Assembly (NCBI RefSeq): GCF_001194135.2
Contig: NC_068992.1
Span: 404,685 to 450,766 of the forward strand
DNA from: Octopus bimaculoides
Lineage: Eukaryota
Direction: 5' to 3'
DNA: 46,082 nucleotides
Shown: positions 25,377 through 38,117 of the stretch, piece by piece
How the letters are laid out: every line of letters starts with the position of its first letter
How positions within the stretch are numbered: position 1 is the stretch's first letter
The notes under the pieces: model-generated
What the model was told of the DNA's origin: nothing
The model's input: the letters and a program-made list of their open reading frames with translations, nothing else
The model's database searches: none
Translations under genes and position numbers: made by a program

Positions 25377-25516
25377 TATAATAATAATAATGATAATAAT
25401 AATAACATCTACACCAAGACACTTGATGAAGGCTGGAGAGTATATCAGCCAAAATATTGTGTTAACAACAAACAAGATGAGGACAAATATCTGTCAAATG
25501 TAAATAATGTAAATAA
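25176..25516. mobile_element. Fold-back element: 103-bp inverted arms (25176-25278 / 25414-25516) enclosing a tRNA-like head and (AAT)n
   Basis: Arms differ at 5 positions, all transitions. Head TGGCGTAGTGG (A box) ... GAGTTCGATTCC (B box) at 25276-25330. Confidence 0.9.
25229..25274 (-). ncRNA. Minimal type I hammerhead motif (PLE-type)
   Basis: Minus strand: GACAC CTGATGA A GGCTG GAGGGTATAT CAGCC GAAA TGTT GTGTT. Stem I GACAC/GTGTT, stem II GGCTG/CAGCC, stem III reduced to ATGT, predicted triplet GTT. Confidence 0.6.
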
Positions 25517-25883
25517 TGTAAATAATTCCTCATCTCTTAAATTTAGAACTGTATCTATATTTCTATTTAAATGTCTAAATGTATAGGTTTTCATGACATT
25601 ATTTCGTTATATTCAAGATTTTGATTATATTTTAATGTGTACCACAAGAATTTGTTTCATTATGCTTATAAGATTTCAATCCTATCTTTAATTATTTCAT
25701 TCCATAGTTAAAATCACTTAAGATTTAACACTCAAATGCCTGTTGGGATTAGTAGAATAACATTATAGATAGCTATTTATTTTGTAGAGTGTCTCATAGA
25801 TAAAGTGGCATTTAACATATCTTACTGTTTAGATGATGTCATACAGATGAGACACCTACACACACACACACATGCATGTAGGT

Positions 25884-25919
<36 letters not shown>

Positions 25920-27068
25920 TAGTTAGAATATGTGTAATAATATTTAATGTCTGAGGCAATACAACAGCAACTGTGATCTCTCTGGAAACTACATTGAAGA
26001 CTAGTAAATGAGCAAAGGGACCTTTCCTGTGAGGCCTTCCTCCTTGCTGAAAATATTTAGAGTGAAGGAGTATGTGTGAGTGTGTGCATGTGTGTGTGTG
26101 TGTGTATGCATGTGTGTGTGTGTGTGTGTGTGTATGCATGTATGTATGTATGTATGTATGTATGTGTGTGTGTATGTGTATGTGTGTGTGTATGTATGTG
26201 ACAGGGGAATGAGATATGTGTAACATTGCTGTTCTCAAGAAGACTTGCCCACCACAACAGAATTGAGAACCTACATCCAAAGTGCCACGTAAAAAGCATT
26301 GGTGTGGGTGCTGGTGCCACATAAAAGCACCTGGTACACTGTGTAAAGTGGTTGACATTTTGAAAGGCATCCAACTGTAGAAGCCATGCCAAAACAGACA
26401 ATGGAACCTGGTGTGGCCCTTGGCTTTGCCAGTTTCTGTCAGCATGGGAAATATTGATCATGATGATGATGATGATGTATGTGTGTGTGTGTACATAGGT
26501 ATAAATGAATGAACAAACAAACCAATATAAAAAGATCAAACAAATCAATATAAAAAGATTACACAAAGGAAGAGGTGTACACTAATACTCTGTAATACAT
26601 TGAACTGAATTGACTCCTGAGTCACAACTGTCTCTTTTGAGGTCTTTTGTCTACAAATCTTACCCATGACTAGTCACCAGTTTACAGAAGTTAACAACTA
26701 TCCTCGTTAGGAATACATCTAGTTTACATAAAAAAAAGGTAAAGTTCCTTCCCAAATCCTACAGGCTCATAAGGGCTGGTTTCCCTGTTTCCATGGCATA
26801 CATATATTCCCCACTGGGACAGGACACTTGTCTGTTACAGGGTTACTCATTGTTGCCACATGAGTAGACTGGAGCAACATGAAATGAAGTGTCTTGCTGA
26901 AGAGCACAATGTGTTGCCCAGTCCAGGAATTGAAACCACAATCTTACAATCATGAATCCAACACCCTACTGTTTTACATAATTAGACAAAATTTTCTATA
27001 ACCATGCAATATTTTTCTCTATTTTCTTCCTTTCCTCCTTTATCATTTCTCTGTGCTGTAAATAAAAG

Positions 27069-27225
27069 ATACAATTCAGAGCATCAAGTGGTGGAATTAT
27101 TGCCATTCTCTACGTGAAACTCATGTTCCAGCCTCATGTCATCGATCAGACATTTCGTTTTTATCAGCCGGAGCAATCTTTTATGAAGAAATCCATCCAT
27201 TTGCCATCGTATCACACACTTCCAG
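27069..27225 (+). CDS. NPHP4: NPHP4 internal exon (157 nt, phase 0/1): IQFRASSGGIIAILYVKLMFQPHVIDQTFRFYQPEQSFMKKSIHLPSYHTLP(G)
   Basis: Translation matches human NPHP4 as I recall it ([53 protein letters not shown]). Long pyrimidine tract then AAG acceptor; donor CAG|gtcagt. Confidence 0.95.
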
Positions 27226-27354
27226 GTCAGTAAAATAACTTTGTGGCTTTTTACTTTTTTATCCAGTGAAGGAATTGAAGGAAAACAATTCACACACACA
27301 CACACACACACTCACACAGGCACACAGGCACACATACATGCACCCCCCCAGGCA

Positions 27355-27415
27355 CTCCCACACACAGGCACCCCCACACAGGCACCCTCACACAGGCACC
27401 CCCACACAGGCACCC
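27355..27415. repeat. 14-bp minisatellite (CACACAGGCACCCC)n running into a 489-N gap
   Basis: At least 4 copies visible before the gap at 27416-27904. Confidence 0.85.
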
Positions 27416-29029
27416 NNNNNNNNNNNNNNNNNNNNNNNNNNNNNNNNNNNNNNNNNNNNNNNNNNNNNNNNNNNNNNNNNNNNNNNNNNNNNNNNNNNNN
27501 NNNNNNNNNNNNNNNNNNNNNNNNNNNNNNNNNNNNNNNNNNNNNNNNNNNNNNNNNNNNNNNNNNNNNNNNNNNNNNNNNNNNNNNNNNNNNNNNNNNN
27601 NNNNNNNNNNNNNNNNNNNNNNNNNNNNNNNNNNNNNNNNNNNNNNNNNNNNNNNNNNNNNNNNNNNNNNNNNNNNNNNNNNNNNNNNNNNNNNNNNNNN
27701 NNNNNNNNNNNNNNNNNNNNNNNNNNNNNNNNNNNNNNNNNNNNNNNNNNNNNNNNNNNNNNNNNNNNNNNNNNNNNNNNNNNNNNNNNNNNNNNNNNNN
27801 NNNNNNNNNNNNNNNNNNNNNNNNNNNNNNNNNNNNNNNNNNNNNNNNNNNNNNNNNNNNNNNNNNNNNNNNNNNNNNNNNNNNNNNNNNNNNNNNNNNN
27901 NNNNAATCACCCCCCCCAACTTAGACACCTTCACACTCACCTACCTATGCATACATAGAGGCACATGCACACACATACTCAGCTAAAACTTCCAGCTTGG
28001 TTCTCGAATGAAATCCGAGAAAGAAACTGGAAGCTGTTGATAAAATAAAGGAAAAATTAAAATGATGAAGTATTTTGTTTGAGGCATAAGTAAAAATGAA
28101 ATTGAATAGAGATATTTGATTGGGTGTATTTACAAAAATGCAAAAATAAAAACAACTGAAAATATAAATAAAAATCGAAATACAATTCATGTTAATTGAA
28201 GCTATTTCAAGCCATTCGCAAAATAGTATTCACACTCACTATTTACAATATTACAGAGAGGAAGAAAGAACATTACAGAATGAGAAAATAAGTTTATCAA
28301 ACAGGGTGAAAAATATCGCTGTGTAAAAAAAAAAAATATGGTTAAGTTTTAAAATGAGTTCCTAATTAGTTTTTCATTCACAAAGCCAGACCTGATAATC
28401 AAAAGACAGTCTGCAATGTGACACAGATAATGAATTAGTAAATGAATTACAAAAGATGAAGATGAAAGCAAAAATAGCAAGCTTCTTTCTGAGACTTTTT
28501 CTATGGTGGGTTACATCCCTTGAAAGTTAATCTGATAAGAATTCTTTCTTTCAATCTATGCAAGCAATTTTTAAGTGTATCACTTCTTAAATTTAAATTT
28601 CTTTTGTTCTGCAACAATATTTTTGGTTGAGCAAAGATGATAACTCACTTGCTTTTTGTAACATTATATTCAAGGTTTTAATTATGTTTTGAGTTTTATC
28701 CCATACTTAAGGTTGAAAGTAAGCGCAGATCTGTTTAGTTCTGTTGTTATTTTCCCTTAATCTCCAAAAACATTTCAAAACCTTGTAGCAAATTTCCTCC
28801 TTGGATCAGCTCATGTTTGTACAAGTAATGTCTTGTCTTAGAAAATCATTTGCTCTAATTCTGATGTCAGATTTTGTTTTGAGAACAATCATTCAATTCT
28901 TACATGGCACAGTATACCAAGGAACAGCTGTAGAAAGAGCAGAGACAAGAATCTTAATAGTTTTGATAAACATGTTTATAAAAGATTCTTATCTGAGAAC
29001 CAGTATGTATAAAAAGAATTTCCATTTCA

Positions 29030-29990
29030 ATATCCACTTAGCTCTTAAGCTAGAAGCCAAAGAGAAGTCATTCATATTTAAAATAGATGATAGTGTAGAG
29101 ATCTTTCACCTTTTATCACCATACACCACACTGAAAGACCATAGGAACACTTTTTCTAACCAGCCTAAGTGAAGTTTAATTAAAACCTACTATAAACAGA
29201 TTTTGGCTTAGTTAGTAAGAATAACAGCTTTAGATATATATAGTAAAGAAATCTTAGACCTTATTTCTTGTCTTTGAAAAGTAGTCCAGTTCCAATTATA
29301 GAATAATAGTTTTTCATTTGTAGAAAGGTTTAATAACATCATTATTAAGCAAATTTGTTTCTTCTTTTTTCATTTTGCTATTGTGAATATTTTTAAAATA
29401 TATCAGTCAGATGTTACTGCCACAAATTTAACCTTCACCAACGCCATTAATCCAATTTGCAATTCAGATGTTGATATTGTTCTGCATGCTAAGAAGTTTT
29501 TTTGTTTTGTGAAAATACAGAACTAAGAAAGAAAATTTGTTTGATGTGGCTATGGTTGCTTTGAAGGTGTGGAGATGAGTGAAATCATTGGTTTATATAT
29601 TTTAAATTTGTTTCACAGTAACTTCACTATGTTGGATGGAAGGTGCTATCTTGGTGATCAGTTATTTTCTCTTACAAAATATGAATAGACACAATGTAGA
29701 TAAATTTAGAAGAAATATCATTTCAATGAGAATTATAAATTATTGTCAAGAGTAACTTTGCAAGATTTAATTTTCTAGACATAACATTAAATTTAGGCAC
29801 TTAAAAAAAACTTTTATTAGGTTAATAATGGGAAATTTCATTATATTAATAAGAGCTAGTCTCCTGTATTAGTAGACATATATTATCTTTATCCTCAGGC
29901 ATTGATGCTTTTCTAAAAGCTTTTCAACTCTATAATGAAGCATTCAATTATTGTGGGGTTTTAGATAGGAGAGAGTAGATATCTACACTC
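29030..29990 (+). mobile_element. Degraded Penelope-like element reverse transcriptase
   Basis: Frames give TTLKDHRNTFSNQPK, SKEILD, DVDIVLHAKK, FDVAM, FEGVEMSEIIGLYIL and NFLDITLNL. These match PLE RT motifs TLKDHK.NF, FDVTMGSYDGAE.CELVGLYIL and NFLD.T.NL; many stops and frameshifts. Confidence 0.8.
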
Positions 29991-30029
29991 CATACCCAGA
30001 TCTTAGTCCTCAGATGTAGAAAAAGAAAT

Positions 30030-30185
30030 GGCTTGGCTATGTGGTAAAAAAACTTACTTACCAACCGCATGGTTCTAGGTTCAGTCCTACTGTGTGGTAC
30101 TTTGAGTAAGTGTCTTCTGCTTTAGCCTTGGGCCAATCAAAGCCATGTGAGTGGATTTGGTAGATAGAAACTGAATGAAGCCCAC

Positions 30186-30226
<41 letters not shown>

Positions 30227-30438
30227 TTACGTGTGTGTGTGTCATTGTTTGTCCCCCATCACTGCTTGACAACTGGTGTTGGTGTGTTTATGTCCTGCTA
30301 ACTTAACTGTGCAGTAAAAGAGACTGACAGAATAAGTGCCAGGTACTGGGGTCAATTCATTTGATTAAAAAGTCTTCAAGGCAGTGCTGCCCCAGCATGG
30401 CCACAGTCTGATGACTGAAACAAGTAAAAAATAAAAGA
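30030..30438 (+). mobile_element. SINE family C, full length with internal (TA)n(TG)n
   Basis: Head ggctatgtggtaa...ggttcagtcc, tail gatgactgaaacaagtaaaa. Confidence 0.85.
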
Positions 30439-31735
30439 CATAATCCAGATTTAAGTTAGAAAATTGTATAGTGAAGGAGGTTCTTACATTAGTCTCACTT
30501 GATTATCCCAGAAAACAATTATTCTTTTCTGCTCTAGGCACAAGACCTGGAATTTTTGGGGAGGGTGCCAGTCGATTAGATCGACCCCAATACGCAACTA
30601 GTACTTAATTCAGCGACCCCGAAAGGATGAAAGACAAAGTCAACCTTGGCGGAATTTGAACTCAGAATGTAAAGATAAACAAAATACCGCTAAGCATTTC
30701 GCCTGGTGTGCTAACGTTTCTGCCAGCTCATCGCTTTAGAAAACAATTATTCTAAGATCTTTAATAGGAATCCTGTTAGAGATTGTAAAAAAAATTCAGT
30801 TTATACAAAACATTTGTTTTCACTGTGACTCTGTTGTAGAAAATATCTTTTGCGTACTCTGCCAAGCTGAATAATAATAAATAACTTTTGAAACAAGATA
30901 TTACTCAAGTATTTGTTGGTCAGCCTAAAGAGGAAATTTACCTCTGTATTTTTTGAGATATATTAGGAACTTAATGAAGAAAAATAATGAATGTATTTAA
31001 TGTAAACTGGTTTGTTAAGGTGTGGCAAGCTAACAGAATTGTTAGCATGCCAGGCAAAATGCTTAGCAGCATTTCAACTGTCTTCATGTTCTGAGTTCAA
31101 CTTCATATTTCAGGATCAACTTTGCCTTTCATCTTTTTGGGGTCGACTTTACTTTTCATTCTTTCAGGGTCAATAAAATAGGTACCAGTAGAGCATTGGA
31201 GTTAATGTAATTAACTTAGACTCTCCTCTGAAATTGCTGGCCTTGTGCCAAAACTTGAAACCAGTATAAACTGGTTTGTCCTTACACTTGTACAATTGAT
31301 TATAATAAGCTTGGTAACGACAGAATGAAGTTGAGTTGTCTTCCTTAACTGGAAAACCAAAATACAAGTGTTTTGAAATGAAAATTGTATAGAATTGCCA
31401 GTGGAGATCAGATTATTTGTTGTGGACTTCTAAAGAAATGGAAAATTCTAGTTGGAAATTTTCTGTCATTTTTCTTCCTTCATATTTGTTTTCTCCTTGT
31501 TATTCATTTACCAATTCATTTTCTGTGCTATGTTTCTTGGTTATTGTATTACGTTTCAGCCAGAGGCCATGCCCATACTGGGGCACAGTCATTAATTGCT
31601 GACTGTATGCCTTTGTGAATGAAAAGCCAATTTGGAACTCATTTTGAAACAACCATATTTTGTTTTTCTCTCATTGTTTTTTTCTCTCACTGCATGTTTA
31701 ATTTACTTTTTCATTCTGTTATATTCTTTCTTTAA

Positions 31736-31949
31736 CCCTTTGGATACCAACCTGGCTGAAACCACCTCTGACTCTGTGGTACAAACATCTTGTTTTCAAA
31801 AGTTCTGAATTAAAATCTTCCACCAAACTTTAGTCACAATTTATGTTTCTGACACTAGCTTAATGATAACTAAATTATTTTACTAAATTCTTTGAAAATT
31901 AATTGAAAGAAACACAGAGCATCTCAAAATAAATACAGTAACGAAAGGG
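31736..31949. mobile_element. piggyBac-like MITE
   Basis: TTAA|ccctttggatac at the left and gtaacgaaaggg at the right (CCCT/AGGG ends). The right TTAA is not intact (tcat). Confidence 0.6.
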
Positions 31950-32171
31950 TCATCGAATTTGGTTCAATCACGATTTCGATATATATATAGAAATCCAGGA
32001 TTTGGAATTATCTTATTTTTACTGGTTCATTTGGTCTTCGTTTTCGCTAGTCGTGCCATGCGGACATTTATTGTGGTTTTAGAGTCAGGATTTGACTGCT
32101 ATTTTTTCAGCGTGGTGGTATCTCTTGATACCCTGTATTATAATTTTAAATAATTTATATATATATATGTA

Positions 32172-32520
32172 TATATATATAGGGTAAAGTCTCCCTTCAG
32201 TCATAAATGACCATGGGATTGCACCTAGAAAGTTGCCCTCTGAGGCACAAGTCTGGGCAAGATTGTTTATGGAAGACCAGCAGTCGCCCCTGCATACCAG
32301 CCTCCCTTCTCCATGCCACCGGTGTTGTCCAAGGGAACGGCAAAGGCCAATACAACTTGGCACCAGTGATGTTGCAGCTTATTTCTACAGTTGAGTGAAC
32401 TGGAGCAACATGAAATAAAGTGCCTTGCTCAAGAACACAACACACAGCCTGGTCTGAGAATTGAACTCACTACCTCATGATTGTAAGCCCAATGCTCTAA
32501 CCACTGAACCACATGCCTTC
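32172..32520 (-). mobile_element. Family A SINE, long copy
   Basis: Head ggcatgtggttcagtggttagagc on the minus strand, family A body, and a tail ending ctttaccc at a (TA)n tract. Confidence 0.85.
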
Positions 32521-33368
32521 GCATGCATACACACACACACACACACAGTTCTTGTGTGGTGCATGTGTGAAGTCAAGTTTGTTCCTACCAACAAGTACAT
32601 TCTCTGATTTTTCTTTTTGTTTTCTTTCTGTTCTGTTCACTCATATATTTTTCTTATTTATATCTTTATTTCTGTGTTTATTTTTGTTTGTTATTTATCT
32701 ATTTTATCTCATTCATTTTTTTAATTTTTATTTTTATTTATATGTATATTTTGTCATTGTTGGTTTTTGAAAATATTTTAATTTCTTCTAAAACTTAAGG
32801 ATTTCTTGTGAAAAACCTAGAAGAAATATAAAGAAAAAATAACGAAATATAATTAAAGTTTAAAGTAGATTTTGAATTTGAATAAAAGACAGAAAATATT
32901 GAAAGAAAAATGAACAAAAAAGAGAAAGAATAGAATTTAAAAGAAAATATATAAACAAGAATTACGTACATCTGTGTATGTGTGTATGCATGTGTGTATG
33001 TATTATATACGTGTATAATATATGCAATATATACAAAGATTGATGTATACATACACACTTGAACTCATATGTATACACAATCATACACATTATTACACTA
33101 ACAGATACACATATACATACACATAAAACTTACAAAAGAATAATGAATAAAAATAAAAGAAAGAATAGGATTTTTCTATTTTTCACCAAATATTGATTTT
33201 ATTTATCTCCACTTAATGAATAATCTCAAAACAGTATTTCAGTTTGTAGCACACTTTCTGAGTTAATTTAGCCTCTTATCTATCTTAGATTAATAAAATA
33301 AGTACCAGTAATATACTTGTCTCAGCTATACTTCTCCAAACACTGACTTTGTATCTGTTTCTTAAAAC

Positions 33369-33655
33369 ACTGGTCCTGGTACCACATAAAAAAGTATTAG
33401 TGCTGGTGCCACATGAAAAGCACTGGTGCTGCTTCCACATAAAAAGCACTGGTGCTGCTGCCACATGAAAAGCACTGGTGCAGGTGCCACATGAAAAGTA
33501 CTGGTGCTGGTGCCACATGAAAAGTACTGGTGCTGGTGCCACATGAAAAGTACTGGTGCTGGTGCCACATGAAAAGCATTGCTGCTGGTGCCATGTTTAA
33601 AACATCTGCGCTGGTGCCACAGATAAAGCACCTGTGCTGGTGTCACGTAAAAAAT
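33369..33655. repeat. 26-bp minisatellite, ~11 copies (consensus ACTGGTGCTGGTGCCACATGAAAAGY), inside a family D element
   Basis: Counted by eye. Central copies are near-identical and edge copies diverged. It explains the spurious APAPVLFMWHQHQ ORFs. Confidence 0.9.
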
Positions 33656-35327
33656 ACCCAGTCCTCTCTGTAAATTGGTTAGCATTAGGAAGGGCATCTG
33701 GTCACAGAAACCATGCCAAAACAGACACTGGAGCTTGGTGTGCCACCAGCACTAGTGAGGTCACCGTGCAACTTGCAAGACTACGAACCCCAAGGGTTGG
33801 GGAGGCTTTATGCTAGAAGTATGAGAAAAGGAGTCAGAGCAGAACAGTTTTCCTGCTGCAGGGGAGCTACAGGACTTTTAGAATAGGTGTGGGTGATTGG
33901 AATGGGGCTGAAAAGAGGTAGAAAGTGTGGTGATGAGGTGTCTGGGGGGACTCACAAGCTATGTACAAGGTGAGCTGAAGTGAGTGGAGACTAAGGAACC
34001 AAGAATTGTGGGTAGGTGGAAGTGATAGGAATGTATGGGAAGAAGATGAGAAATGGCAAATTGGTTAGGGAAGGGGAGATAGGAAACAATTGTAAAGATC
34101 AGGTAGGGCTGAATTGTATTAAGCAAGATAAAACATGTGGCTCATGTAGCAGTGTAGGAAATCATTGTTGTAGTAATAGAGCACAATTTTTCAGAAATGT
34201 TTAGACTTTCAAGTGTTTCTAATTGAATTTCTAAGATAAGGAATAATCATTATTATCTGCAAAGGTATTTGGACTAATATCCTTATCTTACTTGTTATAG
34301 TCATAATGTTTTGGCCATTATTGCCTTATTCAAGTGCCTGTTGCAGTCCCTAATGATGTTAGAATTTCAAACCAATTCCATTATTCTCCATGAAAGCAGA
34401 TTGCTCTCATTATATGGAGTTTGTATGGATCTGATAAATTTTAGGGTGAATTTCTGAGATGAAGGGGTTGCCCTCATTGTTCACTGATATATTTAAACTA
34501 GTTCCTACAAATCAAACAAAAGGTTTGGTTCAAAATTCTGAGAACATTATCGAATACAACCAGCATCTGATTGATTTGAAGATCAGATGATACAATGACA
34601 GAAATGCTGTAAATACAACAATTAAGATGAGACCATCGATCTTAATAGTGTACAATACAAAGAGTTTGGTATTTATAAACAAGCAGATTCTGTGTTTGAA
34701 CACTGAGACAATAACATTACTTGACATTCTTTTACTTCCACAGTCTTTTGAATTTGCTTTGATACAAATTGTCTGAGTCATTATCTTTTATTATATTATT
34801 CGTTTGTCTTCCAACCTCTTCTCTTTATCCCATTTCAACAACAAATCATTATTGCTATAATCTTTACGGTGCACTCTTTTCTCTTTTCATATATTTTAAA
34901 ATCTAATTGTTGGAAATTTTTCAATTTCTTCAGCTGATTTATATAGATTGATATATGGTGCATAATTAATTAATATTCTTTTTTTTTCTTGCATTTTAAG
35001 TATACGTAATGACATTCTGATTATAGTAAGGACATCCAAGACCAAGCTGTATAAAACACCATGTTTTCTCAATGCTTCAGCTCACCAAAAATGTCAAACA
35101 CATTTAGGGCAAAATTTAAGACACATCAGAATGTTATTCTGTACATTTGTAAAGGTTCAAATGTAAATCCTAGATTAAAAGTGATGTGGTACTGAGCTTT
35201 TTTTCAAAGCGATGGTTTCTCTTCTTTATTCCTGTTAAGAATATTTAATGCTGTTTGTTTCAGTTTCCATTAGAGTGAATTCTCAATGAAGAAACGTTTT
35301 CCTCAATTTCATTTCATTGACATTTAG

Positions 35328-35446
35328 GTGTTCCTGTAGATGCCACTGGTCAACCCCAGCAGGTCTTTGTCCGATGCAGTGATCCAAATGTCATTTGCAA
35401 CTGTGAAGATAAGCAACCTGGTGAACCAATAGAAATCTTCATTAAG
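35328..35446 (+). CDS. NPHP4: NPHP4 internal exon (119 nt, phase 1/0): (G)VPVDATGQPQQVFVRCSDPNVICNCEDKQPGEPIEIFIK
   Basis: Contains the NPHP4 motif VRCSDPNVIC...PGEP.dIF.K. Acceptor cattgacatttag, donor AAG|gtaggt. Phases fit both neighbours. Confidence 0.96.
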
Positions 35447-35602
35447 GTAGGTTTTCTTTTTATTGTCTTCCTCTGAATATTACTTTTAAGCGACAAGGTG
35501 CTGAGCTGGCAAAATGCTGAGTTCAACTCCCACTGAGGCTGACTTTACTTTTCATCTTTTTGAGGTTGATAAAATAAGTACCAGTTAAACACTGGGGTTG
35601 AT

Positions 35603-35955
35603 TATTATTATTCAATTCACTGCCTGGAATCGAACTCGGAATCTTTGGGTTAGTAGCCCGCACTCTTAACCACTATGCCATATGCCTGCAGGCATTTATG
35701 GAAGAAAAGGAAGGATAGGAAAATATTAGATCTATAAAATATTAGATTTATAAGCCCTAAAATTCACTCCATAATTGCCCATGGGCATATGGCGTAGTGG
35801 TTAAGAGCGCGGGCTACTAACTCCAAGATTCCGAGTNNNNNNNNNNTATGGCGTAGTGGTTAAGAGCGCGGGCTACTAACTCCAAGATTCCGAGTTTGAT
35901 TCCAGGCAGTGACCTGAGTAATAATAATAATAATAATAATAATAATGATAATAAT
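35603..35955. mobile_element. Head-to-head pair of tRNA-like heads with outward (AAT)n tails, inserted into a family B SINE
   Basis: Minus-strand head 35612-35685, ~80-bp spacer, plus-strand head from ~35784 (duplicated across a 10-N gap). 12-bp flanking repeat actggggttgat at 35591-35602 and 35956-35967. Confidence 0.85.
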
Positions 35956-38117
35956 ACTGGGGTTGATGTAATTGACTTACACCATCCCTGGAACTTTCTG
36001 GTCTTGTGCCAAAATTTGAAACCAATATTACTTTAAACAACAACAACAACAACAAAGTCCTTGGCTGTTATTTGAAGGAAATGTTACTTAGATGAGGAAA
36101 ATATCTATTGAGTTGCATTGAGTAACCTGTGGATGAGAAATTTCAGGTGAAATCAATAGTTGTACTCTGGCCATCTTGTAAAAGTTATTGAAAAGAACTT
36201 GAACTCTGATCCAGTGGCAAAAAATAAAGCTTCTGGCTCAAGTCTGAAGATGGACCCTTCTTAGTGACCTGGCTCCTGTATTTGTCAGCAAAATGGAATA
36301 GGAATAATGTAGAAACAAGTGTTCTGCTGAGAAACCCAGTAAAATAGAACTATATATTCAGCTTTGACCATTTTATTGATTCAGCAAACTTCAATATTTA
36401 TTGCATATCATTTCTCTAATAATCTGTTTTATCATTCTTTTCACTTTAAAAAAAAAATTGTTATAGTTTTCCCAGGGAAAGGATAACTATCAACAGCCTG
36501 GGCTCTGTTTAATTCAGTTAAGGGCCAAGTGCAAGTGTTAAACCAAGTATCAGATTAAATCTACCAACACACAACAAGAATGATCTCTCTTACAGACTTC
36601 CACACAGTTTTCATTGATGTAATTTCACCCATTAAACTTTGGTGAACCTGAGACTTTTTTAGAAGACACTGACTGAATCCAAAACTATAATCCGAGGCTC
36701 AAGAAGTTCTCTGTATAACTCTTTGATTTGGAGGATCAAATCTGGAACCACATAGTTACAATGTGTACTTCTTAACCACTTGGTTCTTTATGCTTGTTGC
36801 AATATTTTAGTAGCCATCTTCGTAAGTACATTATGAGTTCTTGTTACTTATTTTGGTCATAAATTTGCTGCTATCTTTGATTCTATCACAGTGACAGTTG
36901 CAGAATTTTAGTCATTATTGATGCTCTGCAGTATTTAGGTTTATTCATTGCCTGTTGTGTCTTTCAAAGTTTAACCGGTGATTATATTCTATTTCGTATT
37001 GTCATAACTCTGTTGTTTCAATTAATTCCCATATCTACTACCAGAAGTCTCTTATCGCATTTGTTGTAGGCAATTTCCTTGTTCTTATTTTGTTTTTACT
37101 TAACTTTATGATAATATCTCTCACTTAGAGATTAACTATTTATTTTGTTTGTAAAAGTGTTGCTATTTTCATATCTCTGTCTCCCTTGTAAAAACGAAAG
37201 GATCTTTTGCTTCAGGATTCCTTTATCTTTCTGGATTTATTTATTTGTTTTTGTTCATTTTGTATTGTTGAAGAATCTGTTGCCCTTTTTTTCATTTTTA
37301 ATATTGCTTTTGTATTTTCAATTTCATTTAGGATGAGGAGATCATTTCTTTTATTTTCTGTTTTCCAGAATATATTTATTTTTCTAAGATGTTTGATGTT
37401 GCAACTCCATCATCATCATCATCATCAACAACAACTACTTCTACATTAATATCTGTTTTGATGTGATATCTGTTTTACGACTACCAAAGATAATAAACCA
37501 ACTAGCAATTACTTTTATTGTTCTTAGTTTTTCATTAATTATTTCTGTGAAGGGTTTCTATCACTTCAATTACTTTTCAAAATCCATTTTTGTACTCTTG
37601 TCTCTCTCTTGTACCCCCCTCCCTTCATAATGTATTATACTCTGTTGTACTCAGATTCTTCAGGTTCTCTTTTTTTTTTTTAATTAAGAAATAAGTGATG
37701 ATACTGATGGTGGTGGATGTGGTGATGCATAATATTACTGTGGTTTTAGAATAGGTACATTGTGTGACGGTTGCAAGGTTTGACAACAAGGGCAACCAAC
37801 CACAAAAAAAACCAAAACCCATGCCTCAAAATATAAAAGTGGATGTAAAGCAATGATAATAATGATGATGATGATGTCCCAGAATGTCTTGTATAATGTC
37901 CAGCCAACTATACTTAGTGGCACAGTAACTTAACAAAACATATATTAACAACAAAGGCAGTATTAATACCTTAATACCAAGAGGTAATATTTATCTCCAC
38001 TGAAACATGGGTGTTCTGTTAGAACAAACTTTATGGTGGTAGATACCAAAAGCCTATCTGAGAGTTTATCTCATGATATCTACTGTAGACAAATTTGTTT
38101 GAACAGAACATACACAT

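Noticed and set aside
30408-30430. CTGATGA-CT-GAAA hammerhead-like core
   Set aside because: A point variant of the family C SINE tail (gtcaaatgactgaaac); no stem II.
33285-33697. Repetitive ORFs (APAPVLFMWHQHQ...) resembling a repeat protein
   Set aside because: Translation of a 26-bp (non-triplet) minisatellite inside a retroelement.
35787-35896. Tandem duplication of the SINE head
   Set aside because: It flanks the 10-N gap at 35837-35846, so is probably an assembly artefact.
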